Positions 19,028 to 28,032 of a stretch of DNA of 64,000 nt are shown here, piece by piece. The stretch comes from a virus. Below the pieces are notes generated by a model, which was given only the letters and a program-made list of their open reading frames with translations, was not told the DNA's origin and made no database searches. Every line of letters starts with the position of its first letter. Position 1 is the stretch's first letter. The translations under genes were made by a program, and so were the position numbers. Location of the stretch: IMG/VR virus record IMGVR_UViG_3300025154_000068, positions 19,035-83,034 of that record, one strand, 5' to 3'.

Positions 19028-19741
19028 TCAATTGAGCTTGAGCAATTCTTGAGTGTGAGTCTTTGCCGCATGACGAGCGAGCGAGCGACGCAAAGACGCG
19101 TCCTCCGCTTCCATCTCATCGAGTGCAAGAAAAACGTCTCCCAACCGATGGCGAGGAAACGACTCCCACCTATGTCCGTTGCCCACCTGAAACTGGACGC
19201 GGCCTCGCAATTCGTTGTCGACCCGGCGGAACGCCACAAGCCTGGACAGACGCTCGTCGGAGTTGCGGACAGCAGCAATGGTATTGACCCGATGTCGGAT
19301 CTTGACCGCCTCGCACTTTCGAAGCTGCGGGCTGTCCAGCTCGACGATTCGCTCCAAGAGCCCGGCGACTTGGGCGCGTAGAAGGTTCTCCGTGCGGTGC
19401 TTCACAACGAGGTAGACGTCGATGACCTCGTTCGTGATCTTGTACGCCGTCTTGGTTCGCGACTTGGCGATGACCTGGAGGGCTTCCCGCTCGGTCAGGT
19501 AGTAGGCCGGCACGACCCGTTCCTGTGGCCCTTTCCCTCGGAGATTCCCCGAGGCGACAGTTCTGTCGGCTCGTAAAACACCGGGCAATTCACCATCCGC
19601 CACGAGCCCCTCGATAACGCGTTGAACCTTCAACGGGTCCGCGTACCCGAGCCGCTCACCAAGTTCCACGTCCAGGATACGCCGCACTTCGGACGCGTCC
19701 ACCTTCACCAGATTCCAGCCGTTGACCGTGATCGATTGCAT
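19028..19741 (-). CDS. Antirepressor-like DNA-binding protein (Bro-N/Rha-type)
   Basis: DVELGERLGY...YYLTEREALQVIAKSRT; GAGGA RBS. Confidence 0.65.
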   Translation of the reverse strand: MQSITVNGWNLVKVDASEVRRILDVELGERLGYADPLKVQRVIEGLVADGELPGVLRADRTVASGNLRGKGPQERVVPAYYLTEREALQVIAKSRTKTAYKITNEVIDVYLVVKHRTENLLRAQVAGLLERIVELDSPQLRKCEAVKIRHRVNTIAAVRNSDERLSRLVAFRRVDNELRGRVQFQVGNGHRWESFPRHRLGDVFLALDEMEAEDASLRRSLARHAAKTHTQELLKLN

Positions 19742-19742
19742 G

Positions 19743-19815
19743 GTTCCTCTTTCCGCATGCACAAAACGCCAGCGCGCCACCCAACCCGGAAAGAGGAACG
19801 GGTCAGACAGCGCGC
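19743..19815 (-). promoter_or_regulatory. Structured 5' leader: hairpin with anti-SD loop complementary to RBS of antirepressor-like gene
   Basis: Perfect 13-bp inverted repeat 19743-19755/19787-19799; alternative hairpin 19772-19815. Confidence 0.65.
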
Positions 19816-19877
19816 TCGCGCATCGTGCAGATCAGCTTGGCGTTGCGCGGAGGTCCGTTGTCTGCGAAAATCCGGAC

Positions 19878-20384
19878 ATGTACCAAGGTCCGCAAGGAAA
19901 CTGGCAGCCTCCGCAAGCCCCACAGAAGAGATTCAGCGAGACTACTTGGATCATCCTAGCGGTTGCGGCTGTCGCCGTTCTCGGCGTGCTCGCAGGTGGT
20001 GGCTTGGTGTGCGCTGGTTTCGTCGCCAGGGCTGTGAGCCCACCGGCGGCCGCGGCAAAGGCGAAGCCCGCAGCCCCAGCTGCAGCCGAGACAAAGCCAG
20101 AGCCGCGCGCAACATGCACGGTTGGCTCAGACTGTTATCTGCGCTCCGTTGCTGGGGATAGCGGTGTGCCCGTGTTCGCCACGGAAGAAGCTTTCGATCG
20201 GGCCGCGGAGGCCGCGTCAAAAGATGATCCTCTCGGGTTCGCCATGAACACTGCATTCTTTGCGCCTGACAGAACCAAGTGTCGAGTGCTGGAATATGGA
20301 TGGGACAAGCGCAAGGTCCGCATCTACTCGGGTCAGTTCATGGGGCGTACCGGCTGGGTTCTAGCCGAGAGCCTCAAGCCGTAG
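19878..20384 (+). CDS. Membrane-anchored protein (moron, opposite strand)
   Basis: TM WIILAVAAVAVLGVLAGG; SH3-like C-terminus GRTGWVLAE. Confidence 0.7.
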   Translation: MYQGPQGNWQPPQAPQKRFSETTWIILAVAAVAVLGVLAGGGLVCAGFVARAVSPPAAAAKAKPAAPAAAETKPEPRATCTVGSDCYLRSVAGDSGVPVFATEEAFDRAAEAASKDDPLGFAMNTAFFAPDRTKCRVLEYGWDKRKVRIYSGQFMGRTGWVLAESLKP

Positions 20385-20757
20385 CCTCCCACGCATCGAG
20401 CGCGGCGAACTTCGACGCAGCCATGTTGCTCGCGAGTGCCACGAGTTCCTCGAGGATGGGATCGCGACCCATCTTGGCGCGGACGTTGTCACCAACGGCC
20501 AGTTTGAGGTACCCGATCGCAAGTTCGATCGACGCCCGCATGCTCGTGGAACCCTGGACGTGAACCGGGTACATCGGCGTTGGCAACGGCGCACCGGACA
20601 CCGGGTCGCTCGCCTTCACAAAGCCCGTGTCGGCGGATGTCACGAGCCGGGCCGTGCCTCCGAGGAAGTCCGCCCCGTCAATGACTACGTCGTAGACGCC
20701 GACCGCCGGCTCCGTCATCGTGAAGCGCGGTCCATTGCTTGTCTGTGAGATTGCCAT
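20374..20757 (-). CDS. Hypothetical protein
   Basis: 127-aa ORF in late-strand orientation. Confidence 0.55.
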   Translation of the reverse strand: MAISQTSNGPRFTMTEPAVGVYDVVIDGADFLGGTARLVTSADTGFVKASDPVSGAPLPTPMYPVHVQGSTSMRASIELAIGYLKLAVGDNVRAKMGRDPILEELVALASNMAASKFAALDAWEATA

Positions 20758-20828
20758 GCTTTATGCCTCAGACCATCCTGGATCCAACTTGGCTTGCGCA
20801 TCCTTCCAGATTCTGCGAACGTCTGGAC

Positions 20829-21365
20829 ATGCGACGGTTGTTGGTCCTGTTGATCTCCGTGGCGTTCGCGGCGGGATGCTGCAAGACGAAGGGTTCGTTA
20901 GGCTCGTCCAAGGCCGTCGCATCCTCCGTCGGGCCAGCGAAAGCGAAGGTATGGGCGCACAACATCGCTCGCGTCGCGAGGACCCCGCTCGCGATCGACC
21001 CGAGCACCATCGACAAAAACGGCGAACGCTCGGTCATCTACTCCTACGACATCAGCAAGATGGGAATGCGCGATGGGATGCCAAGTCTTGCGATCCTGAG
21101 GTCTGACAAGGATGCATGGTCATTCAGAATCGGTTCATCGAAGTACGTGGAGTTGTCTGACTTCGGAGAGACCGAGTTCGTCACGATGGGCTTGGGTAGC
21201 AATAGATGGTTCAAGATCAGGAGCGGCCCGCTTGCGGGTCATTATGTTGAGAAGATATCCCTCTTTGGAGACGATGAACGCGCCACCTGGTTGGTTGTAA
21301 ACAGCGCTTTCGCCTGCACCTCTCTCAATCCACAGGAGCGAAGACTCGAGTGTTGCGGCTACTGA
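20829..21365 (+). CDS. Lipoprotein (moron, opposite strand)
   Basis: MRRLLVLLISVAFAAGC lipobox; lower GC. Confidence 0.75.
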   Translation: MRRLLVLLISVAFAAGCCKTKGSLGSSKAVASSVGPAKAKVWAHNIARVARTPLAIDPSTIDKNGERSVIYSYDISKMGMRDGMPSLAILRSDKDAWSFRIGSSKYVELSDFGETEFVTMGLGSNRWFKIRSGPLAGHYVEKISLFGDDERATWLVVNSAFACTSLNPQERRLECCGY

Positions 21366-23449
21366 CCAAACTCGAGCGCAATTTCCTCGAACGCCTCGAG
21401 GATGCCGCTCTTGATCTCCGCACGGTCGCCGGTGCCGTTGATGACGATGGCGTTGCTGCCGAGGTGGAACACCACCGACTTGCCACCGCTCGCCCCGTCA
21501 CCCGAGGACCTGGACCTGGACGACATGCCGGCCGCCGGGAGTTGCCTGGGAGTGGGCGGCGTGACCATGTCGTAGACGGATGCCTTCACCCGAGGAGCGC
21601 TCGCATCCATTCCGCCGGCAAGGCCCTCACCAGCGAACATTCCAAGCTCGTGGAACTTCCTCGATGGTGAGTGCGAATCATGAGCCACTCTTGTCGCGTT
21701 GAGCACAGCGTTCGCCATCTCGGTGGCCGCAGATACAGCCATTCCAATGCCAGCTCGAATGCCGTCGGCTAGCCCTAAGGGGACACTGATACCGGCTGCA
21801 AACATCTGCCCGGCCAAGCCCATGACTACGCCAAGAACCTGGCTTGGCATACCTGTCACGGTGTCGACCAATTCGGAGGCAAACACCGTGATGCGTCCTG
21901 GCAGGTAGGCAATCTGGGCAACCACCGAAACGAACGCGGCGGAGATGGTGGCACCGGCGCCCACAACGAACCCCAGCGCTTCTCCCAAGATCCTGAACGC
22001 CTCGGCGGTCTTTTCAATGTCGCTCGCCTTCTTTCCGTCGATGGAGTCGAAGGCTTTCATGAGCGGCCCGAGGCCCGAGAGCAAGCCTTCCTTGAAGCCT
22101 TTGCCGAAGCTTTCGATGAGAGGAAGAACGGTTTCGACGATGGTCAGAACCCTGTCGAACGACGCGCTCGCTTCTTTCGCGTCGAACTTGCCAAGCATGT
22201 CCGACAGCGCCTTTCCGATGCTGTTGATGATCGCTACCACTCGCTGCCCCGAATCCGACTTTGGATCCAGCGCGTCTCCCAGCCACTTCCCTGCGTCCTT
22301 GAACGCGTTGAAGTAGGTTGCCAGTCCGCCCTTCACGTTCTTGCCAGCGGCCTCGAAAAGCTCCTGCGGACGAGAGGTGGCCGTGGACCAAATACCAGTC
22401 CACATGCTGGAGAACTTCTCCATCGCCATGCCCAAGGTGCCGCCGGAGTACGTGGTGCGAATGACCTCGATGATAGCCTTCTCGGCCATGGCCGAGTCGA
22501 TCTTGCCATCCGACATCGCCTTGCGGACGGCGTCCACGGACTTGCCGCCCATGTCCTTGCCGAGCTGCTCGTAGATCTTGCCTGCGATGCCCTGGAACGA
22601 CTCCATCTCCATGACCCCTCCGGTGAGCTTCCCCATGCCGCGGAGCTTGGCAAAGCCGCGAATCATCTCATCCATCTTGGAGGCGTCGAACCCCTTCATC
22701 GCCGCGACATCGCCCACGGCCTTCATAATCGTCTCGAGCTCGTTGGTCTTGAACCCGCCCACCAGTAGCTTCTGGTAGGCGCCGACGATTTGGTCCGTGC
22801 GAAAGGGCGTCTTCGCGGCAAAGTCCACCGCTTTGCCGTACAGCCGATCGGCCGCGTCGGCCGTGCCCAGCATCGTCTCGAAGGCGACCATGGCGTTCTC
22901 TCGGAATGAGAGAGACTGCATACCAAACTTCGTGAACGCAATCACTGCCTTGGCGCCAAAGTAGACGACCGCCGCTGCCGCTGCGGCGAGAGCAGCTGTG
23001 ACAGCCGCAATGGCGCCCACAAAGGCCATCGCTCCAGCACTGGCGACGCCGCCCAGTTTGGAACCAACTCCGCCGACCGAAGTGCCAAAGATGCCCAGCA
23101 CGCCGTTGGCCTTACCGACCGCGCTGTCGACGGACACCAGCGCGCGCGACAGAGACATTGCCGCGTTGACGGCACTGGGGCCGCCAATGCTTCCAATGCC
23201 CTGAATCATGCGCTGGAACATGCTCAGCTTGGCAACTGCACCACCAGGAACGGTCGGAACGAGGGCGTCCCCACCCTTGACGAACCTTCCGTTAGCATCC
23301 CGAGCTCGCCCCTGTGACGCCTCGAACTTCTTCGTTGCCTTATCGGCCTTCTGCAGAGACGCCGTGACCTTGTCTACGCCCTTGGCCGCGGACGCAGCGG
23401 GGCCGCTCATCCGGTCGCTGATAGCGAATGCCCAGCTGAGAGCGCCCAT
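21359..23449 (-). CDS. Tape measure protein
   Basis: 696 aa, Ala/Gly-rich, RARDANGRFVK, FAAKTPF, HSPSRKF. Confidence 0.9.
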   Translation of the reverse strand: MGALSWAFAISDRMSGPAASAAKGVDKVTASLQKADKATKKFEASQGRARDANGRFVKGGDALVPTVPGGAVAKLSMFQRMIQGIGSIGGPSAVNAAMSLSRALVSVDSAVGKANGVLGIFGTSVGGVGSKLGGVASAGAMAFVGAIAAVTAALAAAAAAVVYFGAKAVIAFTKFGMQSLSFRENAMVAFETMLGTADAADRLYGKAVDFAAKTPFRTDQIVGAYQKLLVGGFKTNELETIMKAVGDVAAMKGFDASKMDEMIRGFAKLRGMGKLTGGVMEMESFQGIAGKIYEQLGKDMGGKSVDAVRKAMSDGKIDSAMAEKAIIEVIRTTYSGGTLGMAMEKFSSMWTGIWSTATSRPQELFEAAGKNVKGGLATYFNAFKDAGKWLGDALDPKSDSGQRVVAIINSIGKALSDMLGKFDAKEASASFDRVLTIVETVLPLIESFGKGFKEGLLSGLGPLMKAFDSIDGKKASDIEKTAEAFRILGEALGFVVGAGATISAAFVSVVAQIAYLPGRITVFASELVDTVTGMPSQVLGVVMGLAGQMFAAGISVPLGLADGIRAGIGMAVSAATEMANAVLNATRVAHDSHSPSRKFHELGMFAGEGLAGGMDASAPRVKASVYDMVTPPTPRQLPAAGMSSRSRSSGDGASGGKSVVFHLGSNAIVINGTGDRAEIKSGILEAFEEIALEFGQ

Positions 23450-23451
23450 TG

Positions 23452-23616
23452 TCAGTCTTCGAGTAGGTTGATCCGAACGGCGTGAAAGAACTCAGCGACG
23501 AGCAGATATCCGACGTCAGCGTCCATCGTGTCCTCGTCGCGACGTGCGGCGCGCAGACATCGAGCGGCAACTCCCGGCTTCCACCGCGCCTCGTGGAACC
23601 GGTTCAGAGTTTTTTT
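23452..23616 (-). CDS. Tail assembly chaperone frameshift extension (GT-like)
   Basis: -1 frame open from A7 slippery site to stop at 23452, just before the tape measure gene. Confidence 0.75.
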   Translation of the reverse strand, partial: KKTLNRFHEARWKPGVAARCLRAARRDEDTMDADVGYLLVAEFFHAVRINLLED

Positions 23617-23924
23617 GCCTTCACCTTCTCGTGGAGCTTGGCGAGCTCGGCGAGCTTGTTGCCGAGGGTGACGACGATGAACGGGTAGTCGACCACGACT
23701 TGATCGAAGTCCTCCGGCCACACGATGCACGTCGCGGCAAGGCCTTTGAAGGCGTCGAGCTTGTTGCCGTCCTTGTTCCCGCCGTCCTGCAGGAACCGCT
23801 CCACCTCCGGCTCGGTGGGCGCCTTGGCGACGTAGTCGTCGCCGTCCTCGTCGGTCAGAAGGTAGAGACGGCCGCCGAACTTCTTCTTCAGCTCAACGAT
23901 GGTTGTTTCTTCGATTTTCGGCAT
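23604..23924 (-). CDS. Tail assembly chaperone (G-like)
   Basis: Between tube and tape measure; ends GCA AAA AAA CTC TGA. Confidence 0.8.
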   Translation of the reverse strand: MPKIEETTIVELKKKFGGRLYLLTDEDGDDYVAKAPTEPEVERFLQDGGNKDGNKLDAFKGLAATCIVWPEDFDQVVVDYPFIVVTLGNKLAELAKLHEKVKAKKL

Positions 23925-23931
23925 GGTTTCC

Positions 23932-24381
23932 TCAGACCCGCTTGCTGACGCCGGGCTTTCCGTTCCAGAGAATGACGCCGGCAACGAGGAGCTCGACCTT
24001 GACCGGGATTGCCTCGTTGCTGCCCTTTGCCGCGCTCACGGAGGGCTTCTTGATGCGGCACCGGGGGATGGTGTCAGTGATGACAGGCGAGACGTTCTTT
24101 TCGCTGTACGAGTTGGTGAGCGTGAAGAACTGCTCGTACGGGGCATCGCCAAGTGAATCGAAGAACTCCTGGTAGTGGGAGCGAGTGTGGAACTCGATCG
24201 AGCACGTGCCTTCGTACTCCCCCTTCGTTGCCCCGACCGGGTTGCCATCGCTGTCCTTGATGACGGCACCATCCAGGCCGTCGTCGTAGTCGATGCTGGA
24301 AATGTAGTCGCCGCGCAGCTTGCCTACCGAGGTCCGGAGCGACGAGAAGCTGTACTCGTGACCGTTGGTGTTGAATCCCAT
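23932..24381 (-). CDS. Tail tube protein
   Basis: 149 aa after sheath; NGHEYSFSS, GEYEGTCSIE. Confidence 0.8.
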   Translation of the reverse strand: MGFNTNGHEYSFSSLRTSVGKLRGDYISSIDYDDGLDGAVIKDSDGNPVGATKGEYEGTCSIEFHTRSHYQEFFDSLGDAPYEQFFTLTNSYSEKNVSPVITDTIPRCRIKKPSVSAAKGSNEAIPVKVELLVAGVILWNGKPGVSKRV

Positions 24382-24393
24382 GGTGTCCTCCGA

Positions 24394-25782
24394 TCACTCG
24401 CTCACGGTGCGGGTGAAGCCGATATCGTGCTCGATCCACTTCGCATCGGGCTTGATCTGGATGCGCGTCTTGCAGCGGAGCGTGCGGTTCGTGTAGACGC
24501 GGTTCACCACGAACGCGACGGCGCTGGCGTTCTTGTCCGCGACGACGCCGTCCTCGAGCATCTGCTTGATGAACTCCTCGATGCCCTTCGCCTCGTGCTC
24601 AGCAAGGGCGCCGGATGCCGCGAGTTCGAAGTCGTCGTGGAGATACTCCCAGAGGCCGGCATCGGAGATGCGCAGAGCCTTGTCCATCACCCGACCGTTT
24701 CGGAGCTGGGAGAAGTCCGAACCCTGCGCGGCAAGCGTGTAGTCGTCCTCGACGAAGTACCCGGCACCCGCCTTCTCGACGTAGGTCCGAAGGACGCAGA
24801 ATCGGCCAGTGTCGGTGCCGAGTCCGGGCGTCTTGCGCTCGTCCCGATGCAGGCTCGTGATGCCGAGAAGCGTCCCGTCCTTGGTGCGACCGATGTGGGT
24901 GTTCGGCTTTGTCTGGAGCGCCCGCCGAGCCATCACCCACGCCGCACTGCGCTTGTAGTAGCGTCCGTCGACGTCGCTGAACAGCTCGACGAATCCTGCG
25001 CCGCACACAACGCGCTTCGCGTCGGTGTTGATCGTGGCGGTGAGCAAGTTCGTGTCGGTGTCGTCCGCCGCCTCGATGAAGAACCGCATGTAGCGCTTCG
25101 ATGTTTCGGCGGAGGCAAGCTTGACCTGCAATGCCGCGGCGAGGGCTGCAGTCGCAGCCCCGTCGGCGGGGGTCCCGACGACCAGGCCAAGCGATGCCTG
25201 GTGGGGAGTGAGCAGGAACGCGTCGATGGCATCGTTGAGCTCAGAGGTGGAGAAGCCAGGCGCGGTGCACGGCCAGGTGTAAGTCTCGTCGAGAACGTAC
25301 GTGCCGGCCGAGAATGTGAGCGTCATGTTGCTGTCCGGGATCGCGTAGGTCCCTCCGACCGGCACCTGAATGACGCCCGACCAGGTGTCGCCTCCGTCGA
25401 GGGTAACCTGGAATTCCGCCACCCCGAGTGCGCCGGCCTTCGTGATCTTCGCCGTCGGCTGGTAGGCGTCATACGGAGCGCCTGCCACCGTGACCGCTGG
25501 GCCAGTTCCGGACTGCGTCACGGCCCCCACTGTCCCCACTACGTCCTTGTTGACCGGCACGAGGAGAATCGGGCCGGAGCCGAGCAAGTACGACGCAGCG
25601 TGCACAAGCGGGCCGAAGCCCTGCGCAGCCTTCATGTCGTCCTTGTCGGAGTACGAGTAGACCTCGTCGTCAGTGCCGCCGGAGCATGCCCCGAACACCA
25701 CCATCACGTTTTCGACGCTGGCCGGGACAGTGCCCAGCGCACCGTCGCGAACCGTATTGCGCACGCCTGTCTGCTGTGTCAT
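24394..25782 (-). CDS. Tail sheath protein (DUF2586-like)
   Basis: 462 aa; VRDGALG N-terminus, SDFSQLRNGRVMDKA. Confidence 0.85.
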   Translation of the reverse strand: MTQQTGVRNTVRDGALGTVPASVENVMVVFGACSGGTDDEVYSYSDKDDMKAAQGFGPLVHAASYLLGSGPILLVPVNKDVVGTVGAVTQSGTGPAVTVAGAPYDAYQPTAKITKAGALGVAEFQVTLDGGDTWSGVIQVPVGGTYAIPDSNMTLTFSAGTYVLDETYTWPCTAPGFSTSELNDAIDAFLLTPHQASLGLVVGTPADGAATAALAAALQVKLASAETSKRYMRFFIEAADDTDTNLLTATINTDAKRVVCGAGFVELFSDVDGRYYKRSAAWVMARRALQTKPNTHIGRTKDGTLLGITSLHRDERKTPGLGTDTGRFCVLRTYVEKAGAGYFVEDDYTLAAQGSDFSQLRNGRVMDKALRISDAGLWEYLHDDFELAASGALAEHEAKGIEEFIKQMLEDGVVADKNASAVAFVVNRVYTNRTLRCKTRIQIKPDAKWIEHDIGFTRTVSE

Positions 25783-25790
25783 CGGTTACC

Positions 25791-26003
25791 TCAACGGATC
25801 GGCATGGATTTGGCGGCATTGATCGCCTTGTCGTATTCGGCTTCAGTGAGCTGGACACCGGATCGGATCCAGCGGTGGAGAGCCTCGGCCGCGGCGAAGA
25901 GCCAGGCCGGGGTCGGCTTCGTGTTGCGCCATTCCTCTGGCGACTTGCGCACTGGTGCCTTCGCGTCACGCTCGGCGACGCGCGTCTCGGTCTTCTCTTC
26001 CAT
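25791..26003 (-). CDS. Small tail-associated protein
   Basis: WLFAAAEALHRW...LTEAEYDKAI; between terminator and sheath. Confidence 0.6.
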   Translation of the reverse strand: MEEKTETRVAERDAKAPVRKSPEEWRNTKPTPAWLFAAAEALHRWIRSGVQLTEAEYDKAINAAKSMPIR

Positions 26004-26005
26004 GA

Positions 26006-26494
26006 TCAGGGTTCTCCGTGCTCGATCCAGCCGTCGCCGGAGGTCGAGTCGCTTTCGTACACCCAGCCGTCGAGCGTCGTTGTCTCGACGAGCTCGTCGC
26101 GGATGGGCCAGTTGATCGTTATCGTCAGCACCGTGGCCTCGCCGCGACTGAGCCATTCCTGGGACTCGGCGACAGGCATGCTCCGCCGCGGGGTCATCGA
26201 CGTAGACGCGTGCCGCTGCAGCGCGACCATCTCGTTGTTCCGAATCGCCCGGAGCGTCTCTTCGTCTTTCGCCCAGCAGTGAATCTCGACGAGCTGGCTC
26301 TCGACCCACAGCTTGCGCGGATTGCCCCCCGCGATGTCCGGCCCAGTGAACTCGGAATCGGCCGCGATCCAGCAGACGTAGGGCGGCGACTTGTGCTTGT
26401 TCAGCTCCTTGCGCCCGAAGCCGTGTGGCGGGGCATTCACGCCCAACTCGACCACGACAGCGTCCATAAGCTGCTCGAGTTCGCACTTGGCCAT
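26006..26494 (-). CDS. Tail terminator/neck protein
   Basis: Position upstream of sheath; PPYVCW, VEIHCWAKD. Confidence 0.6.
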   Translation of the reverse strand: MAKCELEQLMDAVVVELGVNAPPHGFGRKELNKHKSPPYVCWIAADSEFTGPDIAGGNPRKLWVESQLVEIHCWAKDEETLRAIRNNEMVALQRHASTSMTPRRSMPVAESQEWLSRGEATVLTITINWPIRDELVETTTLDGWVYESDSTSGDGWIEHGEP

Positions 26495-26497
26495 TGC

Positions 26498-26746
26498 TCA
26501 CGCCTGCTTCAGCCACATGTACACGCCTGCAGCCAGCATCCCCAGCGCCAGCATGCCCCAGAGCGCCTCCCGCGTCGGATGCAAGTAGACGATGACCCAG
26601 CCGACGATGATAAGCAGCAGTCTGGCAACACGCCAAGCCCAAGTGTGCCACGGCTGAGGCACCTTCGGAGGCGGCTCGTAGGGCGGCTCTCCGAGCTTGC
26701 GATATCGCGTTCGCCCGTGGCTGTAGTACTCGATTTCGACGCCCAT
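26498..26746 (-). CDS. Small two-TM membrane protein
   Basis: Two hydrophobic helices; inserted in neck module. Confidence 0.55.
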   Translation of the reverse strand: MGVEIEYYSHGRTRYRKLGEPPYEPPPKVPQPWHTWAWRVARLLLIIVGWVIVYLHPTREALWGMLALGMLAAGVYMWLKQA

Positions 26747-26749
26747 ATG

Positions 26750-27316
26750 TCACTCCCCGAAGTGTGCACGCATGAAGTCGTCGGCCGCCTCGAGCGCACG
26801 GGCGTCGAGCTCGGCAGGCATGCCATTGAGGGGAGCGAACGGGCGAGCGGGGATGACCACCTTCTTGACGAAGACGAATCCGCCGCCCTTGCGACTGGCG
26901 CCTTGCCGTCGCGTTCCCCTGCCGCTCTGCTTGAACGACACGCCCTGGAACCGCAGGGCCTTGGCCTTCTTCGGACGGATCGTCGCACCGTACTGGTGAG
27001 TCGTGGCGTACTTGACCCCGACGCTGACGCTGAATCCGGTGGCCGAGACGCCAATCGGCGTGATCGCGCCGCGCATGATGCCGGAGTTGAGCAGCGGCTT
27101 CTGACCCCGGCCGTTCGCGGAGCTCCGGAACTTCAGCGGTGCCCACCGATCGCCGTAGGGGCTCTCTCCTCGGCGAAAGCAGTCGGTCATGAAGTCGCGG
27201 TATTCCTCAGCGAGGTTCTGAACGAAGGCCTTCTTCCACGACGCGGTGCTCAGCTTGGAGAACTGGGCGCTGAGCTTCCGTGCCTTGCCGAAGTCTCCGA
27301 CTACGCCGCCCATCAC
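26750..27316 (-). CDS. Virion morphogenesis protein (Mu gpG/P2 gpS-like)
   Basis: SPYGDRWAPL, KPLLNSG, YATTHQYGATI, IPARPF. Confidence 0.88.
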   Translation of the reverse strand: MMGGVVGDFGKARKLSAQFSKLSTASWKKAFVQNLAEEYRDFMTDCFRRGESPYGDRWAPLKFRSSANGRGQKPLLNSGIMRGAITPIGVSATGFSVSVGVKYATTHQYGATIRPKKAKALRFQGVSFKQSGRGTRRQGASRKGGGFVFVKKVVIPARPFAPLNGMPAELDARALEAADDFMRAHFGE

Positions 27317-28020
27317 CAGCCTCGCAGTGGTTTTGTGACAACGAACGCACCACCGTCCTCAACTGTTGGAGTCGAGTCCACGATGTCATCGGGTTTGATC
27401 TTGCCCTGACTCACCTTCTCGAACCAACGAATGGCATCCTCGTAGTTCATTCGGATGAGTTCGTCTTTGCCTTCCGGGGCATATCCGGTGGACACCATGA
27501 ACCGATACGCCGCGATCGAGGCGGTGTGGCTGGTGACGTCTTCGCCCCAGCTCACCAGGGGCAGCTCGTATTGGTTGCTGAGATAGCCGGTGGCCGTCCC
27601 GCTCGCCGCAATCAGAGCACGGTTGAGCTTCTGCGTGTCGGCGCCGTCCAGCGCGTCGCCGAGAGACAGCGCCTCGAGGTCGGCTTCCGTGGCGAAGAGC
27701 TGCTGTGCGGCACCGGTCACCAGCAGCGTCGCCGATGTGCCGACGAGCGTGTAGGTGACTCGCACGTAGCGGTCGAGGCCGACCAGCGCGAGTTCCTCGG
27801 TGCCAGCGGCGACCGACGTGGTGAAGGAAACGACCGTGCGCCAGGACGTCTCGTTCGGAGACGTCTGGACAGCGACACCCACGGACGTGCCGACGAGTGC
27901 TGCCACGACCAGCATGAGCTTCGCCGCGGATCGGTGCTCGCCGATGTCGGCGGACGCACCTTCCCCGCTCGCGTCGATCGTCGTCAGAGCGAGCGGGGTG
28001 ATGGCAAGCTTATTGGCCAT
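27313..28020 (-). CDS. Head-tail adaptor (Mu gp36/DUF1320-like) with extra N-terminal domain
   Basis: GYLSNQYELPL, YEDAIRWFEKVSQGKI. Confidence 0.8.
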   Translation of the reverse strand: MANKLAITPLALTTIDASGEGASADIGEHRSAAKLMLVVAALVGTSVGVAVQTSPNETSWRTVVSFTTSVAAGTEELALVGLDRYVRVTYTLVGTSATLLVTGAAQQLFATEADLEALSLGDALDGADTQKLNRALIAASGTATGYLSNQYELPLVSWGEDVTSHTASIAAYRFMVSTGYAPEGKDELIRMNYEDAIRWFEKVSQGKIKPDDIVDSTPTVEDGGAFVVTKPLRGW

Positions 28021-28032
28021 GATCGGCTATGG

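Noticed and set aside
17585-19381. 598-aa + strand ORF
   Set aside because: Shadow of hub, tube-initiator and antirepressor genes
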